A DNA stretch of 63,754 bases, filler included, from Asterionella formosa (taxonomy: Eukaryota): NCBI GenBank assembly GCA_002256025.1. It is 6 parts of 6 records of this genome, joined end to end, with 100 filler letters (N's around TTAATTAATTAA, not from the genome) between each part and the next. Parts side by side here need not be neighbours in the genome. Positions count along the whole stretch, not along the records: positions 1 to 28,148 come from NKIB01001289.1; 5 more parts are not named here. One strand, written 5' to 3'. How positions within the stretch are numbered: position 1 is the stretch's first letter; every line of letters begins with the position of its first letter. Of this stretch, positions 13,605-24,884 are shown piece after piece. The position numbers and the translations under genes were made by a program. The notes beneath the pieces were generated by a model that was given only the letters and a program-made list of their open reading frames with translations, did no database searches and was not told the origin of the DNA.

Positions 13605-13627
13605 CTAGGGGTTCAAATGCAGCAACC
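13605..13627 (-). mobile_element. Orphan terminal sequence of the Kolobok-like family
   Basis: CTAGGGGTTCAAATGCAGCAACC is the reverse complement (22/23) of GGTTCCTGCATTTGAACCCCTAG at 26973. Confidence 0.65.
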
Positions 13628-13719
13628 CTATGAGCTTTACGGGGTACCTGGTACAAAAAGAATAATGCACCCCTCAAACATTTATTTTACACATCTTCTT
13701 GACAGCCACAATCAACAAA

Positions 13720-14760
13720 ATGGCGGCACTTCGGCCTGTAGCTGTTGGCTTTCCTCCAGAACCTCTGGAGATTCCTCCTATCATCCATGAAGCGCGATAT
13801 CGCAGCAATGAAGTTCTATTTCTTATGCGTGATGGTGGGGAAGCAACCAGCGCTTATTCTCGGATTGACAAACAGTCAATTGCGTGCAGTCATGAAAGAG
13901 GGTCAGTTCTGTTCTGTCACTTGTGGAGTAGACAATCTTCGGCGGTTCCATTCGAGATGACCAAGAAAATCATGGTGGTGAAGAAACTATTGAGAACAAA
14001 GTTGGACAAGGACATTGCGGCAGGAAGGACACAAGAAAACTCCTACACTGAAATCGCCTATATGCAACAATTCGGTGACGACACTCACATTGGGACAATT
14101 CATGAAGCATTGATGGACCGAAAGTATCTGTTCATCATTATGCCATGTCTAGGAGAGGACTTGTTATCCACCCAAATTAATGATCCGAAGCGTCTTGCCA
14201 GAGCCATGATGCAAGATTTGATTCACCTGCAGAGGCACTCAATCCTTCATCGAGATGTTTCACCTGAAAATATTATTGTTTCGTCCATTAATTACACGAC
14301 TCCACTTATTGATCTTGCCATGGCACTTAAATGCTGTATCTTGGAAGGTAACTCCCAAAATATTGCGGCTGGTCAATCCTGGTGTGGGAAGAAGCCATAT
14401 ATCTCACCAGAAGTATTGGCAGAAGAAGAATTTGATTTTGCTGCAGATGTTTGGAGTATGGGTGTCACTCTCTTGACTTTAGTATTACAGGAAAGATTTT
14501 GGGAATCTCCATCGCCCACTGATCTGATGTATTCATTCTTTATTCTTAACCAAGGCTTAACCGACCACAATGTCTTGGACCGAACAATAGAGGCACTGAT
14601 CAGTCAAAATGAACCCCCGCCGTATTTGGGAAAATTGCTCAAGGTTAGGGACATGGACCCATTACTTCGGGATTTGTTAGGATTGATATTGTCTCCAGTT
14701 CCAAATGACCGACCCTGTGTCAATGAGATTTTAAATCATCCTTGGTTTCTTAACAATTGA
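13720..14760 (+). CDS. Ser/Thr protein kinase (atypical motifs)
   Basis: VVKK lysine, HRDVSPEN catalytic loop, IDLAM in place of DFG, CGKKPYISPE, ADVWSMGVTL, R...EILNHPW; first ATG at 13720. Confidence 0.9.
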   Translation: MAALRPVAVGFPPEPLEIPPIIHEARYRSNEVLFLMRDGGEATSAYSRIDKQSIACSHERGSVLFCHLWSRQSSAVPFEMTKKIMVVKKLLRTKLDKDIAAGRTQENSYTEIAYMQQFGDDTHIGTIHEALMDRKYLFIIMPCLGEDLLSTQINDPKRLARAMMQDLIHLQRHSILHRDVSPENIIVSSINYTTPLIDLAMALKCCILEGNSQNIAAGQSWCGKKPYISPEVLAEEEFDFAADVWSMGVTLLTLVLQERFWESPSPTDLMYSFFILNQGLTDHNVLDRTIEALISQNEPPPYLGKLLKVRDMDPLLRDLLGLILSPVPNDRPCVNEILNHPWFLNN

Positions 14761-16893
14761 GTGAATGACATGACCAAACACACGATGGATCCTCATTCTA
14801 CTGAGTGACGAATACTTGGCAGACTAGTCTATGTACCCATTGTGAAAGTTGGACCAATGATGAGACCTTGCTATGTAGAACCACTGTGCTTCCAATTTTA
14901 AGATATATGTTTAGCTACAAATTTTGTTACGGCAACATTGTTCCTTCAGTGCATATACCATTATTAGACTACATGCAGACCTGCATACATTGAGCTGAGG
15001 CAATTGTGGTGATATACTATTTTGTGGTACTGACACTACATTTATTCTTCATGTAAACTGTAATGTATAATACTATATATATATATTTAACACCATTTTT
15101 ATGGCATCTTAAAAACTACACTACTGGAATAGAATATTTTGTGTGGACACCCCTTGGTGGCAGGTTCAGCAAGGATCAGCCCAACATACATGGTGATGTT
15201 AATTTCTCTGCAGCATAGGAGGTGTGTGTGGATGTCCAATCTCAAATGAATGACAGGGAAAATTCTTGAGTACTAGGAAATTGTCTCTGCCAGGTGGCAC
15301 TCTTCCTTTTCTCACTTATTGCATGAAGAACGGTCTGGTCGTAGGCAATTACATGTTTGTCAATATTTAGGCGCTGAGGGCGTCTGTATTGAATAGAGTT
15401 AAAGTTGTTTGCACTTTTGGAGAAACTACCAGCCACACTTGAGCAAAGGCTGCATAGAGAAATTCCGCTTTTTCCAATATTTATTCTTTTTGTGTGGGCA
15501 TGCCTGGAGGAGTACCTCCACTGGTATTTGGTAAAGGTCTGCATCACCAGTGCAAATCAGTCCCCTGTTGGTGTAATATTCTTCGATTTTTTGGTTCAAA
15601 TCAAAGTTATCAATATTGCTATTAGATTCTTTGTGAAGAACCGCAATCCTTTCTTCCCAGGCTTTTTGCCAGTATCTAAATTTGAGTATTGGCCTCGTTG
15701 GACCAACAGATTCCTGTCTCTAGGGTCTTCCAGTTCCCTTTGTGGGTGTGGGTAACAGGGGATCTCCATGATGATGAGCTGAGATACCCATTGGCGAATA
15801 GAAAGTATATCTCCAAATAATCCAGCTGAGAATCTTGTTTGCCACTGCTCCATTGCCTCAGCTGTAGATACAATGACATGTTTGTTTCTTCCCTTGTCCC
15901 TGTTGATTGGTTGATTGTTGCCTTGCTTGAATTCTTCGCCAATCCGTCTCTTGTGTGGTTGCCAATGTCCAATGTCCGATTGTGTGACTTGAAGAAAATA
16001 ACGACTTCCATTGCGAAACTTGTTATCATTCACATCAACTCAATCCTCGCTCATATCATCGTTATCGCTACTTCCATAAGAAAGAAGAGGAATGAAAATG
16101 GACAAAAAACTGAGAGAGTTTCTGGTGGACAAAGTTGTGCAACATTATTTGGTCTGTTGCAAATGTTACTCTGTTTGATTGTCACATCATCGGCCGGGAA
16201 TACTGTGCACAGCATTTCTCTCAGCTCCAGCAGGCAACTGCCTTAGCACTGCAATCTACCTGTGAGGTGCTGCAAGACAAAAAATGAAGTATTCAAGAAA
16301 AATGGAGGACAAGGATCACGATTTCGGAGGTGTGTGACAATGTGGTGTTACTATGTTTTATTATTTTTACTACGGTATGGTGAAGTTTCATTCTTCACTG
16401 TGCTAGCTTTGCTTACCAAGAATATCCTGGTACCAGTACCACCGGTCGTAAGCTGCAAGAAACAAGGCAGGCAGCAAATAAAAAACAGCTCCTTACCAGG
16501 TACCATTGTACTGGTACCCTCCTACCTGGGAGTTGCGTGAGAGAGACAGTTTTCATAATGAGGAAAACTGAGATAAATTCTCACTACATACGGTACCTGG
16601 TAGAGTATGTGTACCTGATGGCATCTACAAAATGTTATGAGATGGATGATACCATCTGCGTCGATGCAGCACCAGTGGTTGTCATGATTTAGCGTGGCCA
16701 GCGCCAGCTGATCAAATGTTCTGTGTAAAGCACGGTTCACCTGGTACACGCCAGACGATACCATCAGGCACGGAAGAACATTTCCTCATTGTTTGCATCA
16801 AGATATCAACCTGTTGTCTCAACACTTCTCTCCCATTAAATGACATCCTCGTAGTCTACTCACAACACAACACAACATAACACCACAGGTAGT

Positions 16894-18243
16894 ATGCCAG
16901 CAACAACTCCGCCATCCACCGTGGTCACTTCCACTTCCAGTTCCAGCAAGCGCCCTTTTTGTCCTCCAAATCTTTCCTCGGAGAAATGTGCGAGTAACAA
17001 GAAACGAAGGACAGCTGCCAAACCCAAGGTGAGTTCTCACAATGCATGTCACACAAACGAAAAGGACAAGTTGTCATCATTCTATCTCATTTTATAGTTT
17101 TCATATTCCATGACTTGACATTTCTATTCAGGCCTCGAATCATGCAATTACCACCACCACCAACAACAACAACAACAACAGCAACTACTACAACGTGAGA
17201 CTCATTTCCCCATGCCTAACAGGAATCCAAGAAGGTGCTCGAGTAATGAGGCAAGGTCAAGTCCTTGCTATTCCTACTGAAACGGTATATGCGTTGTGCA
17301 CATGCGCCAATGAGGATGGAAATGGACTCGAGTGCTGTAAGTGCTTTTGATTATCACCTCCTCATATCGGAACTATTCGGTGGTTGTAGGATTTTATGTA
17401 GTATATTGCATGACATTTTACTTACACAACATGGTTGTTGTACATGTCCATGCACTTGTATTCACGCAATGCACAGTACAATCCCTTTCCACAGCACATT
17501 CAGCAGCAGTACTTGTCAAGTCTGTGTCTGGTTTGGATACCATTCTTTCACTATCACCTAAATTATATGCCATTCATCCAAATGCACCAGTTGCCTTTCA
17601 TGAAGGGTATCAAGTATTAGTACGTCTTGCTGCTAAATTTTGGCCTGGCCCCATGACAATACATGTCCGAATTCCTCCGAATACTACCACAGTCCCTACA
17701 AGTATACAAATTCAAAAAGAAGGATACCTCTATGTGAGTTTAGAATCACCCTCTCATCCACTCATGATTCGAATGTTGCAAGAATTACCCATTTCTACAA
17801 TGGTCATTTCAAAACCTGTTGTTGCAAAGGATGGAACATTTTTAACAAATGCCAATGATGTGGTTCAACATTACCAAGATGATGCCAACAATGCTATGAA
17901 GACAACAACAACTACTACTATTACTACAACAACAACAAGAAGTATGAAACCAAATAAAAGGATCCTTCATGTACTGCAAGGAGAAGAAGAACGAGAAATG
18001 TTTACTGTCCCAACATGCACATTTGGGAATAAACCATGTAGTACCATTTGGATTAATGATGACCAACGGACTGTCTTTATTGTTGGAACACGAGGTGATA
18101 ATGATGATGGTATAGATGCAACAATGTTGAGAAATTTATTATGGAAGGAGACAACGAAGTGTCGTGTTGTGGCAAGTGTTTTGAGAAAATACAAGGTGGT
18201 GGATCAAAGGACTGGAGTAGGACAAGAAAAATTCTTGGGGTGA
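16894..18243 (+). CDS. YrdC/Sua5-like (threonylcarbamoyl-AMP synthase fold) protein, spliced
   Basis: Intron 17029-17131 (GTGAGT..AG) joins in frame to GARVMRQGQVLAIPTETVYAL; second intron starts GTAAGT at 17337 (acceptor uncertain); then LAAKFWPGPMTI and SPSHPL. Confidence 0.8.
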
Positions 18244-18601
18244 GTCATTTTTTGAAAATGAAAGCAGCCACTGTTGGAATTTACAAAATTGCAATGTAGT
18301 AGGATAGTCTTTAGTAAATAGTATATTTAGAACGAAAAATTAGTATGTAGGAGTAACAGTTTTCAATTGGATAGCATACACTGTTGGTTCTGCAACTGGT
18401 CACTCAAGAGTCATTCATTGCAGCATCACATAAATGGTCAAAATTAGATATACCAGTACTACTAACAGAGTTAAAAATAAGTCAATCCAGTTTCAACCTT
18501 GATGGCCTGCCTCTGCAATGATCTTGGCGCCAGCATTTCCAATTCAATCATGTCTGTAAATCATAAATTTTCAAGAATCAGCCTCGTCACTGGCATTTCC
18601 A

Positions 18602-21049
18602 CTAGTATCGCCATTTGGATTCTTCCAGTGAAGAAGTATTGCACTTGAGGGCTTCTGCAAGGGCCTTGTTGCCCTCATCACCAATTAAGTTTCCATTGAG
18701 ATGAAGTGTTGTCAAAACAGTATTGACCTGGAGGGACTCTGCAATGGCAATGGCAATGGCCCCATCATCACCAATTGAATTCCATCGGAGATCAAGTGTT
18801 GTCAATCCAATATTGACCTTGAGGGACTTTGCAATGGCTTTGGCACCAACATCACCAATTGAATTCCATCGGAGATCAAGTGTTGTCAATCCAATATTGA
18901 CCTTGAGGGAATCTGCAATAGCATTGGCGCCAACATCACCAATTGAATTCCATCGGAGATCAAGTGTTGTCAATCCAATATTGACCTTGAGGGAATCTGC
19001 AATGGCGTTGGCGCCAATATCACCTATTGAACTACTGCTGAGATCAAGCTTAGTCAATCCAATATTGACCTTGAGGGCCTCTGCAATCGCTTTGGCCCCA
19101 ATTGCATGTAATGAATTACCTCTGAGATAAAGCCAAGTCAATGTAGTATTGACCTTGAGGGCCTCTGCAATAGCCTTGGCACCATCCTCGCAAATTGAGT
19201 TACTTCCAATGTAAAGCTTAGTCAATACAGGATTGACCTTGAGGGCCTCTGCAATAGCCTTGGCTCCATCTACACCAATTGAATTATCAATGAGGCAAAG
19301 TGTAGTCACAACAATATTGCCCATGAGGGCCATTGCAATGGCCTTGGCACCATCATCACCAATCGAAGTCAAAGTATTTACCATGATGGCTTCTGTACTG
19401 GCCTCATTGCTATAATCACCAATTGATCTATCATGGAGGTTGAGTGTAGTCAAATTTGGATCATTTGCTATCAACCGTTCAACACACTTTTCCAATTCTG
19501 GTGTCATTGTCAATGATGATATGTCAGAAGTCGAAACAGTATTGACTTCTTTGCAAGAATCTGCAATGACCTTGGCACTGCTGAGATGAACGTGAGTCAA
19601 ACTTTGATCATTCGCTTTCAACTGTTTGCCAACAGAGTTTTCCAAAAGAATGGGACCAGTGGAATTGCTACTGCTAGGCATTGGATTTGTTGTTGGCAAG
19701 GGATGCAATATAATTTTTTTTGTTGAGATTGGCTCGATTGTAGTGTGAATCAATTTGCGGTTCTTGTTTGCATCAACAAGTCTTTGAATTTCGTTTTGTA
19801 AATCATCACAAATTGAGTTTCTTCCAAGAATAAGTGTAGTCAAGATAGTATTGTCCTTGAGCAGGGCCTCTACCATTGCCTTTGCGCCAACATCGCCTAT
19901 TAGAATATTGTAGAGATGAAGCGTAGTCAATACATTATTGACCTTGAGAGCCTCTGCAATTGCTATTGCCCCAATTTCATGAATTATATTACCTCCAAGA
20001 TAAAGTGTAGTCAATGCAGTATTGACTTTGAGGGCCTCTGCAATGGCCTTGGCACCATCATTACCAATCGAATTAGCATTCAGATAAAGTGAAGACAAGA
20101 TAGTATTGACCTTGAGAGCTTCTGCAATTGTCTTGGCGCCATCATCGCCAATCGAATTACTATTGAGATAAAGTGAAACCAAGACATGATTGTCCTTTAG
20201 GGATTCTGCAATGGCATTGGCGCCATCATCACTTATTGAATTATCATAGAGATATAGTGAAGTCAAGACAGTATTGACCTTGAGAGCCTCTGCAATGGCC
20301 TTGGCGTCATCATCACCGATTGCTTCATTTCCTAGAGAAAGCGAAGTCAACCTTGGATCATTTGCTTTCAACTGTTTAATATACTTTTTCCATTTTGGTG
20401 TGAGATGTGCTGTATTTATTCTCGTTGCTGTGATTGTGCTTGACTTGTTTTCGATAGCCAATAGTTCATGGTTCTTGTTTGCATCAATTAGTCTTTTAAT
20501 TTCATCTTTTAAGTCATGACGGATTGAATTACCTCCAAGATAAAGTGTATTCAAGACAGTATTGACTTTGAGGGCCTCTGCAATCGCCTTTGCCCCGATT
20601 TCACCAATCGAATTTCCTCCGAGATAAAGCCAAGTCAAGACAGTATTGACTTTGAGGGCGTCTGCAATTGCTTTTGCTCCGATTTCACCAATTGAATTAC
20701 CTCCAAGATAAAGTGTAGTCAAGACAGCATTGACCGTGAGGGCCTCTGCAATTGCTTTTGCCCCGATTTCACCAATTAAATTTCCTCCGAGATAAAGTGT
20801 AGTCAAGACAGTGTTGACCGTGAGGGCCTCTGCAATTGCTTTTGCCCCAATTCCACCAATTGAATTACCTCCAAGATAAAGTGTAGTCAAGACAGTATTG
20901 ATCTTAAGGGCCTTTGCAATGGACTTGGCGCCAGCATAACGAATTGATCTATCGCTGAGATCTAGGTACACCAAACTTGGATCATTCGCTTTCAACCGTT
21001 TGACATGATCATCTTGCAATTTTGTTTTCCGACAAGATAGTCGAAACAT
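18602..21049 (-). CDS. Ribonuclease-inhibitor-class (NLRC3-like) leucine-rich repeat protein
   Basis: About 18-20 28-aa repeats LxxLxLxxNxIGxxGAxAIAEALKVNxx in three modules, each opened by L(K/I)ANDPxL; intronless; first ATG at 21049. Confidence 0.93.
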   Translation of the reverse strand: MFRLSCRKTKLQDDHVKRLKANDPSLVYLDLSDRSIRYAGAKSIAKALKINTVLTTLYLGGNSIGGIGAKAIAEALTVNTVLTTLYLGGNLIGEIGAKAIAEALTVNAVLTTLYLGGNSIGEIGAKAIADALKVNTVLTWLYLGGNSIGEIGAKAIAEALKVNTVLNTLYLGGNSIRHDLKDEIKRLIDANKNHELLAIENKSSTITATRINTAHLTPKWKKYIKQLKANDPRLTSLSLGNEAIGDDDAKAIAEALKVNTVLTSLYLYDNSISDDGANAIAESLKDNHVLVSLYLNSNSIGDDGAKTIAEALKVNTILSSLYLNANSIGNDGAKAIAEALKVNTALTTLYLGGNIIHEIGAIAIAEALKVNNVLTTLHLYNILIGDVGAKAMVEALLKDNTILTTLILGRNSICDDLQNEIQRLVDANKNRKLIHTTIEPISTKKIILHPLPTTNPMPSSSNSTGPILLENSVGKQLKANDQSLTHVHLSSAKVIADSCKEVNTVSTSDISSLTMTPELEKCVERLIANDPNLTTLNLHDRSIGDYSNEASTEAIMVNTLTSIGDDGAKAIAMALMGNIVVTTLCLIDNSIGVDGAKAIAEALKVNPVLTKLYIGSNSICEDGAKAIAEALKVNTTLTWLYLRGNSLHAIGAKAIAEALKVNIGLTKLDLSSSSIGDIGANAIADSLKVNIGLTTLDLRWNSIGDVGANAIADSLKVNIGLTTLDLRWNSIGDVGAKAIAKSLKVNIGLTTLDLRWNSIGDDGAIAIAIAESLQVNTVLTTLHLNGNLIGDEGNKALAEALKCNTSSLEESKWRY

Positions 21050-21747
21050 TGTCAATGGCTGCTTGAATGGAATAGAACTTGTTAATTGTGCTGACGGGCG
21101 ACTTCTTTTAACTGATTGAATATAAACTAAGTGCGAAACGAGTGATCCAAATTGACAAAGTTTTGTTGAATGATTGTCAAAGCCAGAAATTATCGTATTC
21201 CTTTCCGATGAAGAAATAATGCGAAATAATTACTTTTCCCAAATAGGAAGAGAGTTCATACATAATACTCCTAACTGTTCTTGTCGCGTGGTGAACTTCG
21301 AAAAGGTTTACAGGACAAAAATTGTAAAGGACTGTTATGTACAAGAGCAGACATGTTGGCAGCGGTATAAATAATTTACCAGCACTCTAAGTGCACACTT
21401 CGAATATTTATGATAGACGGCTATCCCCATACGCTGTGATCAGCAAGTTGAGGCATACATCGATCGACAGTCGTCGTATCTGCATATATTTAAGTCAAAG
21501 CCAATAATATGACCTCGCACTCGGAGTACAAGGTACTCAGTATCTGGGACGTAATTTTGATATGTCACGAGAGCTCAGAGCATAACTCATCGACCAAATA
21601 CCAAGCCATGACGTGAAGCTACCGGTCATTACACGTCATGATGCCTTATGTTGTTCGAAAAAGCAAAAGAATTTTAGCCACCTCATCGACCAGGACAAAA
21701 TATCCTTCGGTCTCGGTCGAAAATGACCCCCTTGTCGAACAAATTTT

Positions 21748-21841
21748 AGCAAGTTGCAGTAATTATGCAGAACAAAAGATTTAGCTATCTTTATCTTTGA
21801 TTAAAATTTTTTTTTTAAAGCAAATGACCGCAGGTTGCAGG
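21748..21841. mobile_element. About 95-bp MITE, copy 1 (degenerate)
   Basis: GCAAGTTGCAGT...GATTTAGCTATCTTTATC...ATGACCGCAGGTTGCAGG-TA, homologous to 38980-39077 and 47847-47942. Confidence 0.7.
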
Positions 21842-21940
21842 TATGCACCAACATTTGGTCGATTAAGACTTCGACCGTACCTGGTACCCCGTACCGCAAA
21901 ACCTGGTCTCTCGTTCCCCTCAATGTACATAGCAACCACT

Positions 21941-22562
21941 GATTTTACTTAGAGGGGAGTACAAGACATTGGACCTTTTCTGATTACCAACACTGCAAGC
22001 AAACCAACTTCAACGCAACGCAAATAGCAGCATAAAAAGATATGTCCTGGACCCCTCCAATGGTTGCTGGACCCCCCTGTACATTTTTCTCGAGGTGGAA
22101 CCAAACATCCAATAATTTTCTTTTCATAGACAAAGTAACGTGCTTGAATTCTTTTTGTCCTCGTAGGCACTAGTATATAATTATTTAGCTATCATGTTGC
22201 GATTCTTTTGTTCATACAAAACACAAGAGAAGACAGGTAGTGGCTGTGAGCACCTGGAGAATGCTTCATCATGTTGTCGCAACCTTGACCATGACGAAAA
22301 TACAAATCATCTCCACGAAAATAGAGAACGACGCTTTGCTACTTGCTACCTGTATTAAGAACGACATGGAAAATACAATCGTAAAAGAATTAAAGTAATA
22401 ACACTAATAATAACGACGAAAATTGAGATCGCCGATAACAACATGAAGTCGTGTTTTTCTTGCGAGGTAAATAACTCTCTTTTTTCACATCACGGAAATA
22501 ATTGTCATATTAATACATCTTAGAAAAATGTGCGCTATCCTGTAGAACTAATGAAATTTACT
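21941..22562 (+). mobile_element. Internally deleted non-autonomous derivative of the 9187-13379 element
   Basis: About 22043-22543 matches about 9300-9817, then jumps to AGAACTAATGAAATTTACT (=13209-13227); GATTTTACTTAG at 21941 is the reverse complement of 13280-13291. Confidence 0.85.
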
Positions 22563-22869
22563 GAGCTTCAGTGTTGGTATGATTGATTCTGAAGCTATCT
22601 CCCTAGGCAGCTTAAAACAAATTGGGAAAACAGAAGAGAGTTTTATCTAATTTAGAATACTAATATACAAATGCATAATCATATTAGTTTTTGATACTCT
22701 GTAGCACTAGACAGGCATTGTCCTAGCTGTGTAAGAATAAGAAAGGCAATGCTAATATTTAAAAACTACTCTATATCAGCTGGCTTTCCAAGCTTCAATG
22801 CTTCTCCACTATGTCTCAACTGATTTGCCTTCTCGTTTTCTTGTGGCATGTTAGTACCAAAGTGGTAGA

Positions 22870-23196
22870 AGGGGTTGTAATTTGATGAGTCACTATTGCT
22901 GCTCTTTTCTTATGATAATCTGTTATATAGCCCATTTGTATTCCCCTTTTTCAAGGCAAGTAGCTATTCATTGTGCTACCTGCCAACAAGACCTGTGTTT
23001 AGGGGAACTCCAACCGCCTAGAAAAGCGGCACAAGCTGCTTTTAGGGGGGCGAATCCACTATTTCTCTCACACAAGGAAAAACCAAGTGGGATGGTAAGG
23101 AGTGTGGGAGTTGAATCCGACAATTTTGGGAATTGAACCACACAACTTCAGATCAAAGGCAATGCGCTCAACCAACTATGACTGTAAGCCATTCCC
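22870..23196 (-). mobile_element. tRNA-derived SINE-like element
   Basis: Minus strand has an A-box-like TAGTTGGTTGAGCG and a B-box GGTTCAATTCC at canonical tRNA spacing, but no anticodon stem; body shared with 33222-33395 and 36100-36240. Confidence 0.55.
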
Positions 23197-24884
23197 TAGA
23201 AAATGGAAAGACAATGTATACAGAACATACAAAATTTTATACTGGACATCATTTAACGATACACATGTAACTACACTCTAGCTTCATTTCTAGCTATTTG
23301 CTAAATATTAGTATGGCGCAAGATTTGACTATTTTCGGATTTGGTTGATGCAGTGGGAAAAAATTTCGAAAAATTTCGACTACTGATAAAAAACTATTTC
23401 TTGACCATGTGATGTGTTTTGATATGAATGTCGGCTTGATCTTCCAGGAAGGCCCTGTGATGCATGTTTTATATGCACTTATTCAGTTGCAACTCACTCC
23501 CAATGACATGTCCCATGCCTACTAGACAAGACAGGCTGGTTACCAACCGCCTCTTTCTTTCTCCCCCCAATAAGGCAGGCAAGAATAAATATAATTGCCT
23601 TTTTTGTCAAAATATTTGCATGTATCATTGTATATTAAATGACAATCATGTTAACTCCAAACTTACCCCTTATCTGTGTTCTCCATGTTTTGTGGTCGAT
23701 TTGCTATTTTTGGCAATCTTTTGAGATGAACAACTGACTCCAAATCTCAAACTAAGTAGCTACACAACTGACTAGCTACTAGCCTATATGCTCCGGAAGG
23801 AGCTAGAACTTTTTTACATAAGTTTTGATAGTAAAACGTGTTATTCTGCATTCAAGGGGTCACTGCAGTTGTTTACTGGTACCTGGTACCTGGTACCCTG
23901 ATACAAAGATAGGGTGCACGGAGTCGAATATTATGGCTGGTGGACGGAAACATGCGCATCAGTTTTGAAGGTAGTACCGGGTAAGTATTCTTTCGGAATC
24001 AAATGAATATGAAAAAATTCGCACCATGTATGGTTGTTCAACCTTCTTTGTGGAACACACACAGACTGTTCTTTGCTGGGCGCATCCAGTGTGGATTCCA
24101 ATGAATTTCATTGCATCTGTTGATGCTGTCCACACCAACTCGTCATCCAATCGTTCATTCTGTCAACCATGTCTAGCTAGTATGTGTGTTCTGATTTCAC
24201 ACTTACTGTTATACAGACAACTGTTGGTCCAATAATTTTGAGCACCCTGTCATTTGTATTTTCAATCTTGCCATAAATGGGACATCATTGGAATCATCCT
24301 GCCCTTCAATGACAGAGAGAGTCTCGTTGGTAGTGTTGGAGTCGTTATCGATCTTCCTGCCCAACAATTTGGTAAATGTAAATTACAAGATGTGCTGTTC
24401 AAGCCGATTGCCCCGCCTTCCACAGAATGCGGGAATCGAGCCCGCCACCTGCCGTCTGTTTCCCAAATCACCTTGTCAAAGAAGTTCCCATTGCCAATCC
24501 TTTATCCAACGAGGCCTGGTCACTTTACCCCATCTTCTTTTGCATATCATGGGAAACCCATTGATTCATCATTCATTCCATCGATTGAGAATGCTGGCTC
24601 CCAGGTGATTGAATATTCGCCATGTTACACAGCTGCCTAACCCAAACAGACAAGAGTGGTAGAGATAATGACAAATAACATGCTGTTGCCAAAAAATTAA
24701 CGAATCTATATATTTATATACTCATCATGCATGTCCATCACTCCCTTTGGTCCTCGTATAATTGTCTTGTATCCAACTTTAACGCATGCATTATCAGTAA
24801 GGAAGCAGTGCCAGTGCCAGTGCCACTGTCAGGCCATGAAATGTTGCAACATTACTGACGTATCACTAAGCACTACTACAACTA

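Noticed and set aside
18723..20519. Plus-strand ORFs with repeats (MTLRASAIALAP...)
   Set aside because: Antisense shadows of the LRR gene
23096..23196. Functional tRNA gene
   Set aside because: A and B boxes are present but the anticodon and acceptor stems do not pair; treated as a SINE-like head
24424..24450. Fourth SINE copy (GAATGCGGGAATCGAGCCCGCCACCT, very like 36211-36237)
   Set aside because: Similarity is limited to about 26 nt and the flanks do not match the family body; left unassigned
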